This document shows positions 27,090 through 36,890 of a DNA stretch of 64,000 bases, piece after piece (the stretch's first letter is position 1; every line of letters starts with the position of its first letter). The stretch comes from Myxococcota bacterium. GTDB lineage: Bacteria > Myxococcota_A > UBA796 > UBA2385. Location of the stretch: NCBI GenBank assembly GCA_044344255.1, contig JBIJDH010000004.1, positions 64,001 through 128,000 of the forward strand, in the 5' to 3' direction. The position numbers were made by a program, and so were the translations under genes. The notes beneath the pieces are model-generated. The model had not been told where the DNA came from. It was given only the letters and a program-made list of their open reading frames with translations, and did no database searches.

Positions 27090-28376
27090 TTAATCAACCC
27101 GCCAGTACTTGAGGCTGCCTTCGCTGCTGCCGCTGCTGAAGTCCAGCACGGCGTGTACGGTCACGGAGCTCGTGCCGACGAGCCCGGTGGACAGGATGTC
27201 GTAGGTGGCCGAAGAGGTGGTCACGCGCGCGCTGTTACACTCCGTCTCGAGGATGACGCCGCAGGCGTCCGAGGAGGCCTTGAACGCCTTCGCCTTGGTC
27301 CAGCTCCCCCGAGAGATGAGGAACTCCACGGACTCGAGGCACTGTTCGAGCTGGGTGTCCAGAGGGGGCGTAGAAGCGCAGCCGCGCATCACGCTCTTGA
27401 GCACGTCATCGGAGGCCTTGTTCACGTTGATCTTGGCACCCGCACCGTAGACGGTGAGGCTGGCGCCGAAGCGGTCGTAGATCTCGCCCTCCCACCCCGC
27501 CACCTGGTGGATCTCTTCGATGGTGTCAAAGGGGGCGTTCTTCGTGAGGTAGGGCGACTCGAGGGCGTTGTAGAGCGAGTCCTCGTAACCACCGGAGCCG
27601 GCCGATCGGATGGAGTCGCTGTCGACCCAGTCCTTCAGGTTGCCGATGATCTCCCATCGATCGATGTTCCGCTCTTGGAACCACTGATCGTTCTCCTCCC
27701 CGCTCATCAGCGCGTAGAGCTGCTTGGCGGTGGGGGAGTCGTAGATGGTGAGCTGGGTGGCCTCTGTGCCGGTCGCGAAGCCGTTGACGTTGATGCGCGA
27801 CTCGTGATCGTGCACTTCAGCAGAGAAGTCGCCGGGGAAGTCGAGGAAGTTCTTGTCGGAGAACAGCCCGCCCTCGCGGGACTCCTTCGCGACCTCCTCG
27901 GAGACCTGGCCCGTCTGCTTGAAGTCGGCCACGTCCTCCTCGGAGACGTCGCTCGCGCCCTCCGAGCCCATCAACATCCGCAGCAGGCCGGTGTTCAACA
28001 CGGGGACGAGGTCGATGAGGGCATTGCCGATGCTGATGCCCATGGACTCTGCGAAGCTCTGGACCTGGCTGTTCTTTCCGAGCTCCTGGTTCCCGACGAG
28101 GATCAAGCGGTAGATGTTGTAGCCCGAGCGCGCCAGCCAGTAGGCGGCCACGCGGTCCTTCTCGTGGGTGGTCACCATGAAGCGGACCTGCGCCCCGTAG
28201 CTCAGCTCCGTCACGAGGATGGTGAGCAGCATCACGGTGGTGATGACGAGCAGGAGGGCCACGCCGCTGCGACGACCGCGGGCGGGGCGGGTCAGGCGGC
28301 CGGCGCGATGGAGGCTGCGGGGGCGGGTGAGCGCGCGCCAGAGCGCGCCGACCGAGCGGAGGCTGCTGCATCTCAT
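27090..28376 (-). CDS. gspK: Minor pseudopilin GspK
   Basis: RRSG|VALLLV (no Glu5, as in GspK); ESRINVN, DWVDSD, KNAPFDTIEEI, KINVNKAS. ATG 28376 overlaps the gspJ stop. Confidence 0.92.
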   Translation of the reverse strand: MRCSSLRSVGALWRALTRPRSLHRAGRLTRPARGRRSGVALLLVITTVMLLTILVTELSYGAQVRFMVTTHEKDRVAAYWLARSGYNIYRLILVGNQELGKNSQVQSFAESMGISIGNALIDLVPVLNTGLLRMLMGSEGASDVSEEDVADFKQTGQVSEEVAKESREGGLFSDKNFLDFPGDFSAEVHDHESRINVNGFATGTEATQLTIYDSPTAKQLYALMSGEENDQWFQERNIDRWEIIGNLKDWVDSDSIRSAGSGGYEDSLYNALESPYLTKNAPFDTIEEIHQVAGWEGEIYDRFGASLTVYGAGAKINVNKASDDVLKSVMRGCASTPPLDTQLEQCLESVEFLISRGSWTKAKAFKASSDACGVILETECNSARVTTSSATYDILSTGLVGTSSVTVHAVLDFSSGSSEGSLKYWRVD

Positions 28377-29134
28377 TGGGGGATCCCATCGGCGAGGCTC
28401 TTCTTCTGACCCTGGTTGAACAGGCTCTTCTTGATTGGCTTCGCGGTCTCGATGAGGATGGTCTGGAGGTAGGGGTGCTCGATCCACTGCCCCTCGTTGT
28501 CGTCGTCGGGGGTGACGAGCACGAGCAGCACCTGGACGGCCCGCGGGAGGCGCCCGGGGGTCTCGGCGCCGGTGGTGTCCCACTCGTCCTTCCACTCGTT
28601 CTTCTCACCGTCCAGGTAGCGAAGGTCGAAGCGGGCCACGCCGCGGGCGAGCGGGAGGATGGTGCCGTCCTTGTCGGGCTCCTGGTCGATGCGCGGGGCC
28701 TCCCGGTGGAGGAGCACGAGGTGCTGGTCGTCTTCGGGATCGGCCTCCGTCCAGAGCGTGATCTCGGTCTGATCCCCTTCACGGGCGTCGTGGTAGGTGC
28801 GGCGGTGGCTGGTGGTGGCGAACCAGAGCTGGTCGGCCTCGTCGCTGTCCTTGCCCACAAAGAGCGTGCGGTAGGTGTTCACCGCGCTCGTGTTGGTGGT
28901 GAGGAAGGCGAGGGAGATCTCGCGGGACAGTCGCTGGATGGCCACGCGCGCGCTGCGGGAGAGCTCGTCGTTCTCTTCGAGCATGTCGCGCGACTGCACC
29001 GCGCCGGAGAGGGTCTCGAAGGCCAGGGCGGCGATCACGACGAGGATGCCGATCGCGATCATCACCTCGATCAGCGTGAAGCCGCGCCGCGACGAGGCGC
29101 GCCGGGCTGACCGGTGCTGGCGGAGGGCGCTCAT
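28373..29134 (-). CDS. gspJ: Minor pseudopilin GspJ
   Basis: RRG|FTLIEVMIAI prepilin motif; WKDEWD...LPRAV. Confidence 0.9.
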   Translation of the reverse strand: MSALRQHRSARRASSRRGFTLIEVMIAIGILVVIAALAFETLSGAVQSRDMLEENDELSRSARVAIQRLSREISLAFLTTNTSAVNTYRTLFVGKDSDEADQLWFATTSHRRTYHDAREGDQTEITLWTEADPEDDQHLVLLHREAPRIDQEPDKDGTILPLARGVARFDLRYLDGEKNEWKDEWDTTGAETPGRLPRAVQVLLVLVTPDDDNEGQWIEHPYLQTILIETAKPIKKSLFNQGQKKSLADGIPQ

Positions 29135-29805
29135 TTGCCGGAGGCCCCGCCGCCGTCTTCCCCGCCGCCCTGCTCTTCGGAGGAGGAGACCATCCCGGTG
29201 GGGTTGATCACATGGTGGACGATCTCCACCTGATCAACCTCCTCGAGGTTCTCTCCCCACCAGACGCGGACCCGCACCTCCCGGAAATAATTGCTCAGAT
29301 ACTCCGTGAGCTGATCGGGGCTGATGAACGAGGACAGATCCGGCGCTCCGCTGAAGTCCGCGTTCTCGGTCTTCTCCTCCGCCCCGAAGTATCCGGAGCC
29401 GCTGAGCTGCTCCGCCATGCCGCCGAGGTCGGGGGGCAGGCTCAGCTCGACCTTCCGGACCGTCCAGGCCCAATGGAAGTCATTGAGCGAGTCTCCGTAC
29501 TCGACCTGCAAGGAGGCGTCACCGCGGAAGTCCTCCTCGCCGAAGTCTTCGAAGTCGCCGTCCTCTTCTTTGTCTTGGTCGGTCCAACCCTCCTTCTCGA
29601 GGGTGATCATGACCTCCTTCAGCTTCTCCTCGGCGAGCATCGCGGCCGTGCCGGTCTTGTCGGCGTCCATCGTGCTCACCACGGCGCTACCCTGAGCGCC
29701 CACGAGCACCATCAGGGCGACCGCGAGGATGCCGAGGGCGATCATCACCTCGAGCAAGGTGAAGGCACGCTGTCGGCGACGCGGGGTCGGGCGAGGGGCC
29801 GTCAT
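29131..29805 (-). CDS. gspI: Minor pseudopilin GspI
   Basis: RQRA|FTLLEVMIALGIL prepilin motif; REVRVRVWW; position between H and J. Confidence 0.85.
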   Translation of the reverse strand: MTAPRPTPRRRQRAFTLLEVMIALGILAVALMVLVGAQGSAVVSTMDADKTGTAAMLAEEKLKEVMITLEKEGWTDQDKEEDGDFEDFGEEDFRGDASLQVEYGDSLNDFHWAWTVRKVELSLPPDLGGMAEQLSGSGYFGAEEKTENADFSGAPDLSSFISPDQLTEYLSNYFREVRVRVWWGENLEEVDQVEIVHHVINPTGMVSSSEEQGGGEDGGGASGK

Positions 29806-30641
29806 CGGATGGTCGGCCCCTCGACCGGCAGCCAGGCCATGCTCTGGCCGGGCTCGACGACGTCGTCCTTGAGGCTGACCTTGCCCGAGAGGGGCTCGAC
29901 CTCGATGGTGTAGCCGTCCTCTGGATCGTCCCGATCGACGATGCGCACGACGATGTGCTGCGCCGTGCCGTCAGGGAAGATGTAGGTGTACGCGACACGC
30001 TCGTCGGCGGGGTCCTCGGGGGGCTCTTCGTTCGGGCGGAGGCCCTCGGTGCCATACTCGGGGGTGTAGACCCAGGCGAACATGCAGCCGGAGGGCAGCT
30101 CGTTCTCGGTGGTGAAGGCGGTGTTGTCGGTGAGCCCCTCGAACTGCGTGGGCGCCTCGCTCACCCCGCCGCCGAGGCCAGCCTCCTCGCCTTCGCCCTC
30201 GGCGGCGCCGGCCGCGTCGGCGTCGGGCACCCCCTCGGCGATCTCCCGCTCGGTGTAGCGGGACATGCGGTCTTTCTCGGCCTGCTCGGCCTTCTCGCGC
30301 TCCTCGGGGTTGGAGAAGACGAGGGTGTTCGGATCACCGGCCTCCACCTTCCAGGTGTTGCGGTCGAGGTTGTAGACGACACGGAAGGTGACGTTACGGA
30401 GCGCCGCCTCGTCGATGAGCCAGGTGTAGGTCTGGAGCAGCTCCTTGGCGGCGCCGCGCTGCTGGAGGTCGAGCGCGTTGGAGATGGCGGGGGCCCCGAG
30501 GAGCGCGAGCAGGCCCATGATGGCGATGACGACCATCAGCTCCATCAGCGTGAAGCCCGACCCTCTCCCACGCCGTGGGCCCGGTGCGCCGCGGGGAGCG
30601 GCGACCTCGGGCGACAGACGTCGGGGTGAGCGGGTGTTCAT
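29802..30641 (-). CDS. gspH: Minor pseudopilin GspH
   Basis: GSG|FTLMELMVVIAI; FPDG; VEPLSGKV; follows gspG. Confidence 0.85.
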   Translation of the reverse strand: MNTRSPRRLSPEVAAPRGAPGPRRGRGSGFTLMELMVVIAIMGLLALLGAPAISNALDLQQRGAAKELLQTYTWLIDEAALRNVTFRVVYNLDRNTWKVEAGDPNTLVFSNPEEREKAEQAEKDRMSRYTEREIAEGVPDADAAGAAEGEGEEAGLGGGVSEAPTQFEGLTDNTAFTTENELPSGCMFAWVYTPEYGTEGLRPNEEPPEDPADERVAYTYIFPDGTAQHIVVRIVDRDDPEDGYTIEVEPLSGKVSLKDDVVEPGQSMAWLPVEGPTIR

Positions 30642-30667
30642 GTTCGGGCCGGGCTCCCTCAGGTGGC

Positions 30668-31123
30668 CTACTTCTCGTCGCTGTTACCCTTGCCGAGCTC
30701 CCAGGAGTTGATGTCGGCGTCGGTCTCTTCGCCGCCCTCCTGGCCGTCCTTCCCGAGCGAGATGAGCTCGTAGGCCTGCTCGCTGTGGGTGCCGGGGCTG
30801 TAATACTGGAACTCGTTGCCCCAGGTGTCGGTGGGAACTTCGCCGTTCGGGAGCCACTTCTTGGCGGCGGCGAGGCCCTCGCTCGTGGTGGGGTACTTCC
30901 CGCTGTGTTTGGCGGCGTACATCTCGAGGCTGGACTTCACCTTCTGCATCTGCAGCTTGGTGAGGTCGACGTTCGCCTCGTCCTGAGCGCCGAGCATCGT
31001 GCCGGCGACGAGGGCCATCAGCGTGCTCAAGATGGCGATGACGATGATGATCTCGACGAGCGTGAGCCCGCGCCGGGAGCCGGTTCGGCGGGATCCGCGG
31101 GAGCGGAAGAGGGGGCTGGACAT
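30668..31123 (-). CDS. gspG: Major pseudopilin GspG
   Basis: RRG|LTLVEIIIVIAI; YPTTSEGL, DTWGNEFQY, LISLGKDGQEGGEETDADI; strong AAGGAG SD. Confidence 0.93.
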   Translation of the reverse strand: MSSPLFRSRGSRRTGSRRGLTLVEIIIVIAILSTLMALVAGTMLGAQDEANVDLTKLQMQKVKSSLEMYAAKHSGKYPTTSEGLAAAKKWLPNGEVPTDTWGNEFQYYSPGTHSEQAYELISLGKDGQEGGEETDADINSWELGKGNSDEK

Positions 31124-31208
31124 GGCGGACTCCTTCGGTGAGGGTGTTCTGAGAGAGACACGAAGTCGGATGCGTTTGTTTCAGCGCTGCAGGTGCAGCG
31201 CCGCAGGT

Positions 31209-32450
31209 TCAGTGCTGCAGGTTCTGGGTCATCTGCAGCATCGGCAGCATGATGGCGAGGGCGATGGTGGCCACCATGCCGCCCATGAAGATGATCATCA
31301 CGGGCTCGATGAGGCTGGTGATGCTGCCGAGGATGTTCTCCACCTGCTGGTCGTAGGAGTCTGCGACCTTGGCGAGCATGGGCTCGAGCTCACCGGTCTT
31401 CTCGCCGATGGCGATCATGTGGATGACCAGCGGGGGGAACTGGCCGGACTCCTTGAGGGGGCCGGCGATGCTCTGGCCCTCGCGGATGTTCTTCCCAGCG
31501 CTCTGGATCGCGTCGGAGAGGATGTCGTTCTCGACCACGGTGGCGACGATGCTCACGGCGGTGAGGATGGGCACGCCGCTGTCCAGCAGAGTGGAGAAGG
31601 TGCGGCAGAAGCGGCTCACCGCGACGAGGCGGTTCACCTTGCCGAAGATCGGCATCGAGAGCTTCCAACCGTGCCACTTTCGGCGTCCTGCAGGGGTGAT
31701 GACCCACCGATAGACTCCGTACACGATGGCGGCGGTCACCATGATCATCAGCCACCAGTACCCCTGGATGGCGTCCGATATTCCAAGGGTGATGCGGGTG
31801 ATGAGCGGGAGGGCCGTGCCCATGCTCTCAAAGATACGTCGGATCTTGGGGATCACTCCCACGAACAGACCGACGGTGATGAGTATCGCCACCGTACCCA
31901 TCAGCGCGGGGTACATCATGGCGCTGGTGACCTTGCCGCGGAGGCGAACCTGCGACTCGGTGTAGGTCATCAGGCGCTTGAGCACGAGGTCGAGGGAGCC
32001 CGACTGCTCGCCGGCGGCCACCATGTTGATGTAGAGGTCGCCGAAGTCCTTGCCGCCGTGCTTTCGCATCGTGGCGGCGAGGCCGGAGCCCTGGTTGACG
32101 TCCTCACGGACGGCGACCATCACGCTCTTCAGCTTGGGGTTCTCGATCTGTTCGATCAGGGCGGAGAGGGCCTCCACCATGGGAATGCCGGCCCCGATGA
32201 GGGTTGCCATCTGGCCGGTCATCGTGGCGATGTCTTCGGTGCTGATACGCGCGAAGAGCTTGCCGAGATCGACCTCGACCGCGAGGCCCTTGCCGCGGGT
32301 GGAGCTCCCGGCCTTCTGTTCCATCACCTCGGTCGTGAACACACCCTGGCGCCGCAGCTTGTTGCGGGCGCCCTTGGCGGAGTCGGCGTCGACCACGCCG
32401 GCGGAGGTCTTTCCTGCGGCGTCGATTCCTTTGTACTCGTAGACGGCCAT
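31209..32450 (-). CDS. gspF: Type II secretion inner-membrane platform protein GspF
   Basis: MAVYEYKG start; AGEQSGSLD, AMMYP, IGEKTGEL, LIEP. Confidence 0.95.
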   Translation of the reverse strand: MAVYEYKGIDAAGKTSAGVVDADSAKGARNKLRRQGVFTTEVMEQKAGSSTRGKGLAVEVDLGKLFARISTEDIATMTGQMATLIGAGIPMVEALSALIEQIENPKLKSVMVAVREDVNQGSGLAATMRKHGGKDFGDLYINMVAAGEQSGSLDLVLKRLMTYTESQVRLRGKVTSAMMYPALMGTVAILITVGLFVGVIPKIRRIFESMGTALPLITRITLGISDAIQGYWWLMIMVTAAIVYGVYRWVITPAGRRKWHGWKLSMPIFGKVNRLVAVSRFCRTFSTLLDSGVPILTAVSIVATVVENDILSDAIQSAGKNIREGQSIAGPLKESGQFPPLVIHMIAIGEKTGELEPMLAKVADSYDQQVENILGSITSLIEPVMIIFMGGMVATIALAIMLPMLQMTQNLQH

Positions 32451-32462
32451 GGGGGAGAGGCT

Positions 32463-32496
32463 CCAACCGGCACAGGGATACCAACCGGCACTGGGA
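32463..32496. repeat. 16-bp direct repeat with 18-bp period in the gspE-gspF spacer
   Basis: CCAACCGGCACAGGGA (32463-32478) and CCAACCGGCACTGGGA (32481-32496). Confidence 0.7.
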
Positions 32497-32529
32497 ACGG
32501 GGGCCCGCGCGGCGCCCCCCACGGCCGGG

Positions 32530-34248
32530 TCAGTCGAAGGAGATCACGTCGTCCTGGGTGACACGCAGGACCTCATCGAGGGTGGTCTGGCCGGCCAGCG
32601 CCTTGGCGATGCCGTCATCTCGTAGGGTGCGCATGCCCTTGACCGCACAGTGCTTCTTGATCTGGCCGGCGTCGGCGCCGCCGGTGACGAGGGCGCGGGT
32701 CTCGTCGTCGACCACGAGCAGCTCGTAGATGCCCATTCGGCCGGTGTAGCCCTTCATGCTGCAGTTCGCGCAGCCCACGGCCCGATAGAGCTGGCCCCGG
32801 ATGCGGTCGGGGTTGAGGCCGACGTCGCGGAGCTCGGCGGCGCTCGGCGTGTACTGTTCACGACAATCGGGGCAGATCCGGCGCACGAGGCGCTGGGCCA
32901 GGATGGCGATGAGCGAGCTCGCGACGAGGAAGGGCTCGATGCCCATGTCGACGAGTCGGGTGAAGGCGGTCGCCGAGTCGTTCGTGTGGATGGTCGAGAA
33001 CACGAGGTGACCGGTGAGCGAGGCCTGGATCGCGTTCTCTGCCGTCTCCTTGTCGCGGGTCTCACCGACGAGGATGATGTCGGGGTCTTGGCGGAGGTGG
33101 GCGCGGAGCACGCTGGCGAAGGTGAGGTCGATCTTCGGGTTCACCTGGGTCTGACCGACCCCGCGCAGCTCGTACTCGATCGGATCCTCGATGGTGAGGA
33201 TGTTCTTGTCGGGCGAGTTGATCTCGGCCAAGGCGGAGTAGAGCGTGGTCGTCTTGCCGGAGCCGGTGGGCCCGGAGACGAGCACGATGCCGTGAGGCAG
33301 CCGGATGAGCTTGCGGAAGTGAGCCATCACCTCGGCGTCCATGCCCACCCGCTCGAGGTTGAAGACGCGCCCCTTCTCGAGGAGACGCATCACCACACGC
33401 TCGCCGTGCCGGACGGGCATGGTGCTTACGCGGACGTCGATCTCCCGGCCCGCCATCCGGGTGCGGATGCGGCCGTCCTGCGGGATGCGCTTCTCGGCGA
33501 TGTTCAGCCCAGCCATGATCTTGACGCGGCTGACGATCGAGGCCTGCAGGCGCGGGGGCGGCTTGACCACCTCGTAGAGGATGCCGTCCACGCGGAAGCG
33601 CACCACCAGCTCCTTCTCAAAGGGCTCGATGTGGATGTCGCTCGCCCGCTCCTTGATCGCCTGCGTGAACAGGGAGTTCACGAAGCGGATGATCGGGGCC
33701 TGGTTGGGGTCGTCCAGCAGGTCACCGTCGAGCGCGCCGAGCTGGATGCCACCGCTGTCCTCGGCCCCCTGGCTCTCGTCCATCTCCTCCATCACCGCGG
33801 TCGCGTTGCGGGTGGCCTTGTCGTAGGCGCGGTTGGTCGCCTCGCGCAGCACGATGGGCGGGACGAGGAAGGCCCGCACGTTCTTGCCGTAGAGCACGCG
33901 CAGATCGTCGATGGCGCCTTGGGAGCGCGGCGAGACCACCGCGGCCTCGACCATGTTGTCCTTGATCCACAGCGGGAGGATGCCGTACTCGCGGGCGAGG
34001 CCGAGGGGCAGCGGGCGGATGAGGTCGACGTCCACCGCGTCGACGTCGACCGAGGCGAGGAAGGGGAGCCCGCTCGTCTCGGCCAGGGTGCGCGCGAGGA
34101 TGGTGCCGTCCACGGACTCCGTGCGGACGAGGCTCTCGAGGAGGTTCATCCCTCCCTTCGCGGCCTGACTCCGGCCCTCCTCGATGCTCGCGGGGCTTAC
34201 GCCTCGGGCGACGAGGAGCCGGTCGATGGGTTCGCGGCGGATGGGCAT
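32530..34248 (-). CDS. gspE: Type II secretion ATPase GspE
   Basis: ASDIHIEP, Walker A GPTGSGKTT, TIEDPIE, LRQDPD, LTGHLVFSTIHTN, two CxxC motifs. Confidence 0.96.
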   Translation of the reverse strand: MPIRREPIDRLLVARGVSPASIEEGRSQAAKGGMNLLESLVRTESVDGTILARTLAETSGLPFLASVDVDAVDVDLIRPLPLGLAREYGILPLWIKDNMVEAAVVSPRSQGAIDDLRVLYGKNVRAFLVPPIVLREATNRAYDKATRNATAVMEEMDESQGAEDSGGIQLGALDGDLLDDPNQAPIIRFVNSLFTQAIKERASDIHIEPFEKELVVRFRVDGILYEVVKPPPRLQASIVSRVKIMAGLNIAEKRIPQDGRIRTRMAGREIDVRVSTMPVRHGERVVMRLLEKGRVFNLERVGMDAEVMAHFRKLIRLPHGIVLVSGPTGSGKTTTLYSALAEINSPDKNILTIEDPIEYELRGVGQTQVNPKIDLTFASVLRAHLRQDPDIILVGETRDKETAENAIQASLTGHLVFSTIHTNDSATAFTRLVDMGIEPFLVASSLIAILAQRLVRRICPDCREQYTPSAAELRDVGLNPDRIRGQLYRAVGCANCSMKGYTGRMGIYELLVVDDETRALVTGGADAGQIKKHCAVKGMRTLRDDGIAKALAGQTTLDEVLRVTQDDVISFD

Positions 34249-34337
34249 GGTCTCTACTCGACGACTCTGGGTGAACAGCGCGCGGTGGGCTCAGGAGCGG
34301 GGAGGTGGGCGCGAGGCCTCGGGATCAGGGAGCGTCT

Positions 34338-36890
34338 TCAGGGAGCGTCTTCGGGGGGGTCTTCGGGGGCTCCCTTGCCCTCTGCGCGGGTGGCCGGCGG
34401 CGGAGGGTCGGCGTCCCCGCTCTGCTCTCCGACCATCTGGAACTTGGCGCCATCGTCGGAGGTGCCGCGGAAGCGGCTCGGCTTGTCGATCTGGTTCATG
34501 CTGTACGAGAGCAGGTTCTGCAGCTCGAGATCCTGGGCGGCCTTGCTCTTGCCGTAGAATCGGCGGAGGAACTCCTGCCGCTGGGCCCACTTGATCTGGT
34601 AGATCTCCTGGAGATCGATCGGCTCGTCGATGATGTGCGGCGTGAGGAAGATGAGCATGTTCGTCTTGCGGCTCGTCTTCTGCGTGCCGCGGAACAGCCG
34701 CCCGATCAGCGGGATGTCGCCGAGGATGGGCACCTTGGTCTCGGCGGTGCCGTCGGTCTCGCTGATGAGCCCGCCGATGACGATGGTCTGGTTGTCCTTG
34801 ACCACCACCGTGCTCTCCACCTGTCGCTTCGACGTGGTGGGCCCGCCTGCGTTGTCGGCGGTGCTCGACTCGATCTCCTGCACCTCTTGGAAGACCTCCA
34901 AGGTCACGTAGTTCGACTCGTTGATCTGCGGCTTCACCTTGAGGGTGATGGCCACATCTTCGCGTTGATACTGGGTGATGGAGTTCGAGAGGTTGGTCGT
35001 GCTCGCCGCGGTCGACATCGGGAAGGGCACGTTGCGACCGACCACGATCTTGGCCTCCTCATTGTCCATGGTGAGCACGTTGGGGGTGCTCAAGATGTTG
35101 ACGGAGGAGTTCTGCATGATCGCGTTCAGCGCGACGCCGAAGGCGGGGACCGGGATGGTGACCGTGCCGCCGCTGCCGGTGGGGTCGGGGATGTCGACGT
35201 CAAAGGAGCTGCCGAACATGCCGATGGCGAGGCCGGAGGGGTCGCTCGCGAGGCTGCTGGCGAAGGTGAGGGAGTCCCCGTTGAACTGCCCGGAGACGAG
35301 GCCCCAGCCCTCCCCCTTGCCGTCGATGCCGCGGTGTATGCCGATGCCGAGGCTGGAGCTGTCGTCGCTCGCGACCTCGAGGATCACGCACTCGACGAAG
35401 ACCTGCTTGCGGCGGATGTCGAGCTTGTCGATGACCTGCTTCAGGATCTCGAACTGGTCTGGGGTGGCGATGATCACGAGGGAGTTCGTGTTCTCGTCGC
35501 TGGTGATGCGGAGGCCCGACTCGAAGGCCGCCACCGCGCCGCCGCCCTCGCCGCCCTCGGCCCCTCCTTCGGCCGCCGCGGCCGCGGTGCGCCCGGCCCG
35601 GCCCCCGGCCGCCGCTGCCGCGCCGGTCGTCCCGCGCCGGGTGCGGGAGCTCGCCGCGCTCGAGGAGGAGCTCGAGCTCTTGGACTCGTTGGCGAGGTTG
35701 GAGAGCACGGTCGAGACGTCCTCGGCCTTCGAGTGCTCGAGGTAGACGACGTGGATCTGGGCGCGGCTGGAGGGATCGACGTCCACGTCGAGCTGGCCGA
35801 TGAGCTCCTTGACCGCCGCCATCGCCTCGTCGTTGGCCATCACGATCAGCGAGTTGGTGCGCTCATCGGCGATGATGCGGTCAATGTACTTCCCTTCAGA
35901 GCCCACGTTCGAGGAGGAGGCCTCCCCCCCGCCGTCGGTGGCGGCCGCGTCAGCGTTACGCTTGGAGCGTCGGGTGCGCCGAGCGGCCGCGTCCTCGCCG
36001 GTGGCGCTGGAGCGCGCGCTTGAGTCTGAGGCGTTGAGATTGTAGATCTGCTCGATCAGCTTCTGGATGTCGCTGGCGGTCGCGTTGACGATGGGGATGA
36101 TCTCCATCTTCGCCTTGGGGGCCGCGACGTCGAGCTGGCTGATGATCCGGTAGACGCGGCGAATGTTGTTCGCAGAGTCGGTGATGATGATCGTGTTCGT
36201 CGGCGCGTAGTTCAGGATCTTGGCGCCCTTACCGGCGAGGCCCTGCACGATGCTGCTGACGTCGGCGACGGCGATGTTCTCGAGCTGGATGATCTGGGTG
36301 ACGTAGTTGTCCGTCGCCGGGATGTTGCCGCCCTCGTACACCCGCAGCGGGTTGTTGGCGGCGCTCCCCGTGGGGACCACCTTTGTGGCCTGCCCCACGG
36401 TCACGGTGGTGTAGCCGGCCATCTCGAGGGCGGAGAGGAAGGCCTCGTAGGCCTCGGGCACCGACACGGGCTGGTGACTGATGATCGTCACCTCACCCTT
36501 CAGCTCATCGGTGAGGATGAAGTTCCGGCCCGTGATGTCGGCCATGTATTTGACGAGGTCGTTCAAGGACGTGTTGACGAAGTCCATGTTGACCTTCGCC
36601 CGAGGGTCGATCTGCGGCGCCTTCTGGCGACCGGGAGCCGCGGCTTCGGGCTCGCCGCCGTCGTCCTCGGCGTCGGTGGGGCCGCTCGAAGGAGGGGCCT
36701 TTTGGGGCTCCGGCTTCTCGGCCTCGGCGCCGGCCGGCGGCGGGGCAGGAGGCTGCTTCTTGTCCTGGCCCCAGGCCGCTCCGCCGAGCGCCGAGAGGGC
36801 CGCGAGGAGCAGGGCGGGGCGCAAGAGCCAGGAGCGCAGCGCGGAGGGGGCGGGGGTGCCGGAGCAGGGGAGCGGGCTCGTACGCGACAT
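34338..36890 (-). CDS. gspD: Type II secretion secretin GspD
   Basis: Signal peptide; N0-N3 domains (ADERTNSLIV, SDENTNSLVI); LDIRRKQVFVE, PNVLTMDNEEA, KVPILGDIPLIGRLF, IFLTPHII. Confidence 0.95.
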   Translation of the reverse strand: MSRTSPLPCSGTPAPSALRSWLLRPALLLAALSALGGAAWGQDKKQPPAPPPAGAEAEKPEPQKAPPSSGPTDAEDDGGEPEAAAPGRQKAPQIDPRAKVNMDFVNTSLNDLVKYMADITGRNFILTDELKGEVTIISHQPVSVPEAYEAFLSALEMAGYTTVTVGQATKVVPTGSAANNPLRVYEGGNIPATDNYVTQIIQLENIAVADVSSIVQGLAGKGAKILNYAPTNTIIITDSANNIRRVYRIISQLDVAAPKAKMEIIPIVNATASDIQKLIEQIYNLNASDSSARSSATGEDAAARRTRRSKRNADAAATDGGGEASSSNVGSEGKYIDRIIADERTNSLIVMANDEAMAAVKELIGQLDVDVDPSSRAQIHVVYLEHSKAEDVSTVLSNLANESKSSSSSSSAASSRTRRGTTGAAAAAGGRAGRTAAAAAEGGAEGGEGGGAVAAFESGLRITSDENTNSLVIIATPDQFEILKQVIDKLDIRRKQVFVECVILEVASDDSSSLGIGIHRGIDGKGEGWGLVSGQFNGDSLTFASSLASDPSGLAIGMFGSSFDVDIPDPTGSGGTVTIPVPAFGVALNAIMQNSSVNILSTPNVLTMDNEEAKIVVGRNVPFPMSTAASTTNLSNSITQYQREDVAITLKVKPQINESNYVTLEVFQEVQEIESSTADNAGGPTTSKRQVESTVVVKDNQTIVIGGLISETDGTAETKVPILGDIPLIGRLFRGTQKTSRKTNMLIFLTPHIIDEPIDLQEIYQIKWAQRQEFLRRFYGKSKAAQDLELQNLLSYSMNQIDKPSRFRGTSDDGAKFQMVGEQSGDADPPPPATRAEGKGAPEDPPEDAP

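Noticed and set aside
25450..34248. Cluster as type IV pilus or Tad machinery
   Set aside because: GspC-PDZ, GspD with N0-N3, GspG/GspK signatures and C-to-N gene order indicate T2SS; no pilT or flp.
32650..36023. Long plus-strand ORFs (635 aa and 572 aa) opposite gspE and gspD, and similar antisense ORFs across the window
   Set aside because: Typical stop-poor shadows of high-GC coding strands; no motifs.
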